Part shown: piece after piece, positions 59,745-64,000 of the stretch | Layout: every line of letters starts with the position of its first letter | How positions within the stretch are numbered: the first letter of the stretch is position 1 | DNA from: an uncultured Candidatus Rokubacteria bacterium | GTDB taxonomy: Bacteria; Methylomirabilota; Methylomirabilia; Rokubacteriales; CSP1-6 | Direction: 5' to 3' | Length of the DNA: 64,000 nucleotides | NCBI GenBank assembly: GCA_963754315.1 | Contig: CAVWFS010000005.1 | Coordinates: forward strand, 96,001 to 160,000 | Notes under the pieces: generated by a model | The model's input: the letters and a program-made list of their open reading frames with translations, nothing else | Told to the model about the DNA's origin: nothing | Database searches by the model: none | Position numbers and translations under genes: made by a program

Positions 59745-61163
59745 TCAGCCCGACCTCGTCGCCGATGCCGCGGACGGTTCTCCGAGCGGCGCGGCCAGCC
59801 TCGCCTGCCCTTTCATCAGCCAGCGAATGAGCGGGGTGGCCATGAACGTGCTGAGCAGAGCCATGATCACGAGCATGGAGAAGATATCCGTCGGCAGCAA
59901 TCCGAGGTCTTTGCCGATATTCAGGACGATCAGCTCCATCAGGCCGCGCGTGTTCATGCAGACGCCAATGGTGAGCGCGCTTCGCTGACCCTCGCCGACG
60001 AGACGAGCGGCCAGGTAGGCACCGCCGAGCTTGCTGACGAATGCGACGGCCAGCACCAGGAGCAATGTCCCGGCGCCAGACCATCCCTGGATGGTGCCGA
60101 CGTCGGTACGAAGACCCGTGTAGGCAAAGAAGATCGGGAGAAAGAACGCTCCCACGATCGGCGATACGCGCCGCTTCCACTCCTCGACGAAGCGTCGGTC
60201 ATCGTGGAGGGCCACCCCGATGACGAAGCCCCCGATGATGGCGAAAATGCCCAGATTGCTCGTGATGGCGGCCGAGACAAAGAGGAGGGTCACGATGTAG
60301 GGTACGGCGGTCAGCCGCAATCCGCCGTGTATTGCGAGGTGGCGCGCGATCGCCCGCTGGAGGGGCCTCCTGACGACGCGAAAGATGAGGACCATATACG
60401 CGACCAGCCCGACCACGCGCGGGAGCACCCAACCCCAGCTGAACGCCCCCTTCACCAGCAACGAGATCGCGCCGAGAATCATCCAGCCGGACACGTCGTC
60501 GAGGGCGGCAGCGCCGATGGTGAGCGCCGCCGTCCGCGTGTGAGATAGGCCGAGCTCCATCAAGATACGGCCCAGGACCGGGATGGCGGTGATCGACATG
60601 GCCACCGCGAAGAACAGCTGGAAGCCGAACAACGACACGGGCTCGGACAGCCGCCCGTGAAACCACGGCGCCGAGAAATAGCCCATCGCGAACGGGACCG
60701 CGATGCCGACCAGGCTGATCACGGCGATGGACCGACGGTCACCGGCCAGGTGGCGGTTGAACTCGAACTCGAGGCCGATCTGAAACATCAAGAAGATCAG
60801 GCCAATCTGGGCGAGCCCGGCGAAGATTGTGCTCGTCGAGGGATCGAAGAGCCAGTGCATGAATCCTGGGAAAACGGCCCCCAGCAAGCTGGGGCCGAGG
60901 AGAAGACCAGCCAGGATCTCGCCGGATACGTCGGTCTGTCTCATGCGCCGCACGATCCAGGTCACGATCCGCGTGGCGACGAGAATCACGATGAGCTGGT
61001 AGAGGAGGTGGAGCGTAATCTCCTCGGCGCCGGCCCCGACGGCCGACTCCGGACCAGCCGACGCGTGAGCTCGGGTGACGGCGAGCATCGAGACACTAAA
61101 TCCCGTCAGGACGGATCGCCCGAGCATGCGCTCCAGCCTACCTGCGGGTGCTGTCGTTGGCAT
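59745..61163 (-). CDS. Cation:proton antiporter (CPA2)
   Basis: GEILAGLLLGPS, SITAIPVLGRIL, AALDD, MNTRGLMELI. Confidence 0.9.
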   Translation of the reverse strand: MPTTAPAGRLERMLGRSVLTGFSVSMLAVTRAHASAGPESAVGAGAEEITLHLLYQLIVILVATRIVTWIVRRMRQTDVSGEILAGLLLGPSLLGAVFPGFMHWLFDPSTSTIFAGLAQIGLIFLMFQIGLEFEFNRHLAGDRRSIAVISLVGIAVPFAMGYFSAPWFHGRLSEPVSLFGFQLFFAVAMSITAIPVLGRILMELGLSHTRTAALTIGAAALDDVSGWMILGAISLLVKGAFSWGWVLPRVVGLVAYMVLIFRVVRRPLQRAIARHLAIHGGLRLTAVPYIVTLLFVSAAITSNLGIFAIIGGFVIGVALHDDRRFVEEWKRRVSPIVGAFFLPIFFAYTGLRTDVGTIQGWSGAGTLLLVLAVAFVSKLGGAYLAARLVGEGQRSALTIGVCMNTRGLMELIVLNIGKDLGLLPTDIFSMLVIMALLSTFMATPLIRWLMKGQARLAAPLGEPSAASATRSG

Positions 61164-61284
61164 AGAGGCTGTTTGCGCGACCCATCCCCTTGGACGTCAG
61201 CCCTCACCCTATCGGGCAGGCTCGCCGTCGAGAACTTGACTCCGTCCCGCCCAGCAAGCATTCTCCCAGAGCAGGAGGGATCCC

Positions 61285-62190
61285 ATGGAGCCAAGAATCG
61301 AACCGATCGACGCCACCTTGGGGGCCGTCGTCACCGGTCTCGCCCTCGCCCAGATGGACGGTCCGACCTGGAAGACCGTGGAGCGTGCCTTTCACGACCA
61401 TGCCGTCCTGGTGTTCCCTGGGCAGAACCTGACCGAGAAGGAGCAGGTGGCGTTTGCGAGCCGCTTCGGTGACATCGAGCTCTTGGCCGCGGACCCTGAG
61501 CAAAAGGCGGTCGCGATCAGCAACCAGAAGCCCGACGGTTCGGTCATGGGAGCGGACGAGCATCGCTTCAAGTCGTTGCGCGGCAACGAAGGCTGGCATA
61601 CCGACAGCTCGTACATGCCGCTCGCGGCCAAGGCGTCCGTGCTCTCGGCCCAGGTGGTTCCCTCGGCCGCCGGCGAAACCGAGTGGGCCGACATGCGCGC
61701 CGCCTACGATGCGCTGGACGAGGCGATGCGCCAGCGTATCGCGGGCCTCTCGGCGTACCACTCTCTCTATCACTCTCAGGCCCAGATTGGTCACGTGGTG
61801 CAGACGGGGGCCGGGTACGGCTTTCACACGAAGGGAGCGCCGTTGCGCCCGCTGGTGAAGGTGCATCCCGTGACGGGTCGCCGCGCCCTCTTCATCGGCC
61901 GCCACGCCTATGGCATTCCTGGCCTCGACGAGGCGGCGTCGGAAAAGCTCCTCTCCGACCTGGTCGACTTCGCGTGCCGACCGCCCCGAACGTATGCGCA
62001 TCGGTGGCGCCCGGGCGATGTGGTCATCTGGGACAACCGCTGCGTGCTGCACCGGGCAAGGCCGTATGACTTCCGCGAGCCGCGCGTCATGCGCCACACC
62101 CGCGTCGCGGGAGACCCGGCCACCGAGCTCGCTCCGACCCATCGTGACGACCGGGCCAACGCGTACGAGCCCTCCACCGTGAACCGCTGA
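61285..62190 (+). CDS. TauD/TfdA Fe(II)/2-oxoglutarate dioxygenase
   Basis: WHTDSSY, TEWADMRAAYD, HPVTGR, WDNRCVLHR. Confidence 0.92.
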   Translation: MEPRIEPIDATLGAVVTGLALAQMDGPTWKTVERAFHDHAVLVFPGQNLTEKEQVAFASRFGDIELLAADPEQKAVAISNQKPDGSVMGADEHRFKSLRGNEGWHTDSSYMPLAAKASVLSAQVVPSAAGETEWADMRAAYDALDEAMRQRIAGLSAYHSLYHSQAQIGHVVQTGAGYGFHTKGAPLRPLVKVHPVTGRRALFIGRHAYGIPGLDEAASEKLLSDLVDFACRPPRTYAHRWRPGDVVIWDNRCVLHRARPYDFREPRVMRHTRVAGDPATELAPTHRDDRANAYEPSTVNR

Positions 62191-62431
62191 CGATGGGTTT
62201 GCCCCGATTCATCGCCGTGTAGAGCTGCGTTGCTCGGCCCTGATGCCGAGTGTCACATCGATAGTCTTCTGGTGACTCGACGGCACAGCGTTTGCTGTGT
62301 CCGCTTTAATTGACAGCGCAACCGGCGACGCGGACACTTGTCTTGTCGACCTCGTCGTCGGCGAATGGACCGCGGTAACGAGGACCACTGGGCCGAGCTG
62401 CAATGAGCGGCCAGGAAGGAAGGAGTTCGCA

Positions 62432-62608
62432 ATGGCAAAGGTGCTTCGGTGCGGCGACTTGATGCCCGGCTGCAATGCGGTGATCGAAGGCAAGGATGAG
62501 GCCGAGGTGATGGCCAAGGGCGCGGAGCACGCCAAGACGGCTCACAAGATGACGTCGATCCCACCGGACGTCGCGGCCAAGGTGAAGGCGGCGATCAAGG
62601 ACAAATAG
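62432..62608 (+). CDS. DUF1059 small metal-binding protein
   Basis: MAKVLRCGDLMPGC...EHAKTAH...VKAAIKD; AGGAG RBS. Confidence 0.85.
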   Translation: MAKVLRCGDLMPGCNAVIEGKDEAEVMAKGAEHAKTAHKMTSIPPDVAAKVKAAIKDK

Positions 62609-62697
62609 CCCTCGATCCAAGCCCGTTACGGTGAACACGCACGAGCGTCGAGCCCTCTCGGCGCTCGCCGTGTTTTCAGCGAGGCGGCGTCGAGGGC

Positions 62698-63126
62698 CTA
62701 CCTGTTGAACACCAACGAGAAGGGGCCGTTGTCGTTGGTGCCGTTGCCCGAGAGATGCTGCCTGCCGCCCTTGTCGGACAGATAGAGCGTGCCGGTTGCG
62801 CTGGCCAGGTCTTGGTTCGGTCCCGACAGCCCGGTGTTGTTCAGCGCGAGCTGTCCGTTCACGACACTGATCGTTCCTGTCGCAACGATGTCCGTCAGCG
62901 TGATGGTCATCCGATAGTTGCCGTCCGGCTGGAGGACCATGGTTGCCGGTGAAGCGCCTCCACCGGTACCGATGACATACCCGTTCCACCGGCCGGCCAG
63001 GGTCGGGAGGACCGACGCGCTGACAGGTTTGGCGGGGGGCCCGGCGCATCCCACAGCCATCACCGCCAGCAACACCAGAGCCGCCGCGCCCGCCATCGAG
63101 TCAAGGCCCACGCCATGCTTCCTCAT
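62698..63126 (-). CDS. Hypothetical lipoprotein
   Basis: Lipobox AVGC; LAGRWNG beta-rich body. Confidence 0.65.
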   Translation of the reverse strand: MRKHGVGLDSMAGAAALVLLAVMAVGCAGPPAKPVSASVLPTLAGRWNGYVIGTGGGASPATMVLQPDGNYRMTITLTDIVATGTISVVNGQLALNNTGLSGPNQDLASATGTLYLSDKGGRQHLSGNGTNDNGPFSLVFNR

Positions 63127-63181
63127 GGGAAATCCTCCCGAAAGAAACCCCCGCGCGATCCAGGGGCGGCCGCACGCGCCG

Positions 63182-64000
63182 CTACATATGGAGGAGCTCG
63201 ACCGCCTCCTCGTAGATCTCCATGTTCTTGCCGTAGGAGATGGCCGACGCCTGGGCCGCGCTCACGAGATGGCGCCAGCGCCACGGCGCCCGGGTCGTGT
63301 GGAACTCTTCGAAGGTGGCCTGGTGGTGCTTGAAGGCGTGCATCTCGGTGAAGTTATCGTGCACGACGATCTCGGCGAGACGGCTGATCAGCGCGGTCGG
63401 CTCGTATCCGAGATCGGCGTACTGCTGCGCGAGGTTCACGGTGTTCTTCACCTCGGGCACCGCCCGCATCTGCCCCAGATTGGTGACCTTCGACCAGTCG
63501 GTCGGCGGCTGCGTGTAGATGCTCTCGGCGAGGGCATCCAGCAACGCCGCCTGGGTCCGGTGGGGCAGCGCGGCCACCGCCGCCGGATCCGGCTGGGGCG
63601 GTGGCTCCATGCGGTGCTGGGTCGAGCGCACCTCGGGTCCGGTGTGCCACGTCATCAGCGCCAGCAGCTTGTTGCGCAGGCTTACGCCCTCCAGGTTCAG
63701 TAGATACCGGCGTAGGTTGACGCCCGTGTGCAGGTGCACGTCCATCGGATTCCCGGTGAGCGATCGCATGAACAGGCCAGCGGCCCCGATCGACAACGCC
63801 TCACCGGTCCCCTGCAGTGACAGCCCGCTGGCCAGGGCCTGCGCCAGCATCCTCGGGATCTCCGCATAGGAGTCGCATCGCGTGATCGCGTCGCCGAGGA
63901 CCTCGATCTCGGGCGTCTCGGCCGGGCTCGTGTAGAACCCCAGCGGTCGCTTCAGAAGCTCGTACTCCTCGAGCAGCGGCTCGATGTCCTTCAGCACGGG
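63182..64000 (-). CDS. Hypothetical helical protein with His motifs (partial, runs off window end)
   Basis: Open frame to window edge with typical GC codon bias; MDVHLHTGVN and EMHAFKHH. Confidence 0.6.
   Translation of the reverse strand, partial: PVLKDIEPLLEEYELLKRPLGFYTSPAETPEIEVLGDAITRCDSYAEIPRMLAQALASGLSLQGTGEALSIGAAGLFMRSLTGNPMDVHLHTGVNLRRYLLNLEGVSLRNKLLALMTWHTGPEVRSTQHRMEPPPQPDPAAVAALPHRTQAALLDALAESIYTQPPTDWSKVTNLGQMRAVPEVKNTVNLAQQYADLGYEPTALISRLAEIVVHDNFTEMHAFKHHQATFEEFHTTRAPWRWRHLVSAAQASAISYGKNMEIYEEAVELLHM

Overview
This is a very GC-rich bacterial window dominated by accessory catabolic and transport genes. They include family-5 ABC binding proteins and permeases, four luciferase-like monooxygenases, two TauD dioxygenases, a sulfatase, a thiolase/DUF35 pair, a P450 with ferredoxin, and HpaB. 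There are also two class III nucleotide-cyclase proteins, a MalT/SARP-type regulator and four toxin-antitoxin modules. The gene content suggests a Rokubacteria/Methylomirabilota-like organism, which is an inference. More than a dozen genes carry apparent single-base frameshifts, most simply explained by uncorrected long-read errors. The most interesting locus is at 44.1-50.3 kb. A DUF2079 membrane protein faces an operon encoding (i) a two-domain glycosyltransferase whose first domain has the motif order of eukaryotic mucin-type polypeptide GalNAc transferases, (ii) a PqqD/RRE domain fused to an internal twin-arginine leader and a Thr-rich mucin-like tail, (iii) an HPr-kinase-like enzyme and (iv) an NTP_transf_5 nucleotidyltransferase. 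No lasso cyclase or radical SAM enzyme is present. I read this as a candidate RiPP-like system producing a glycosylated and/or phosphorylated mucin-like exported polypeptide. I saw no rRNA, tRNA, CRISPR array, integrase or transposase. All family calls come from motif recognition by eye, not from database searches.
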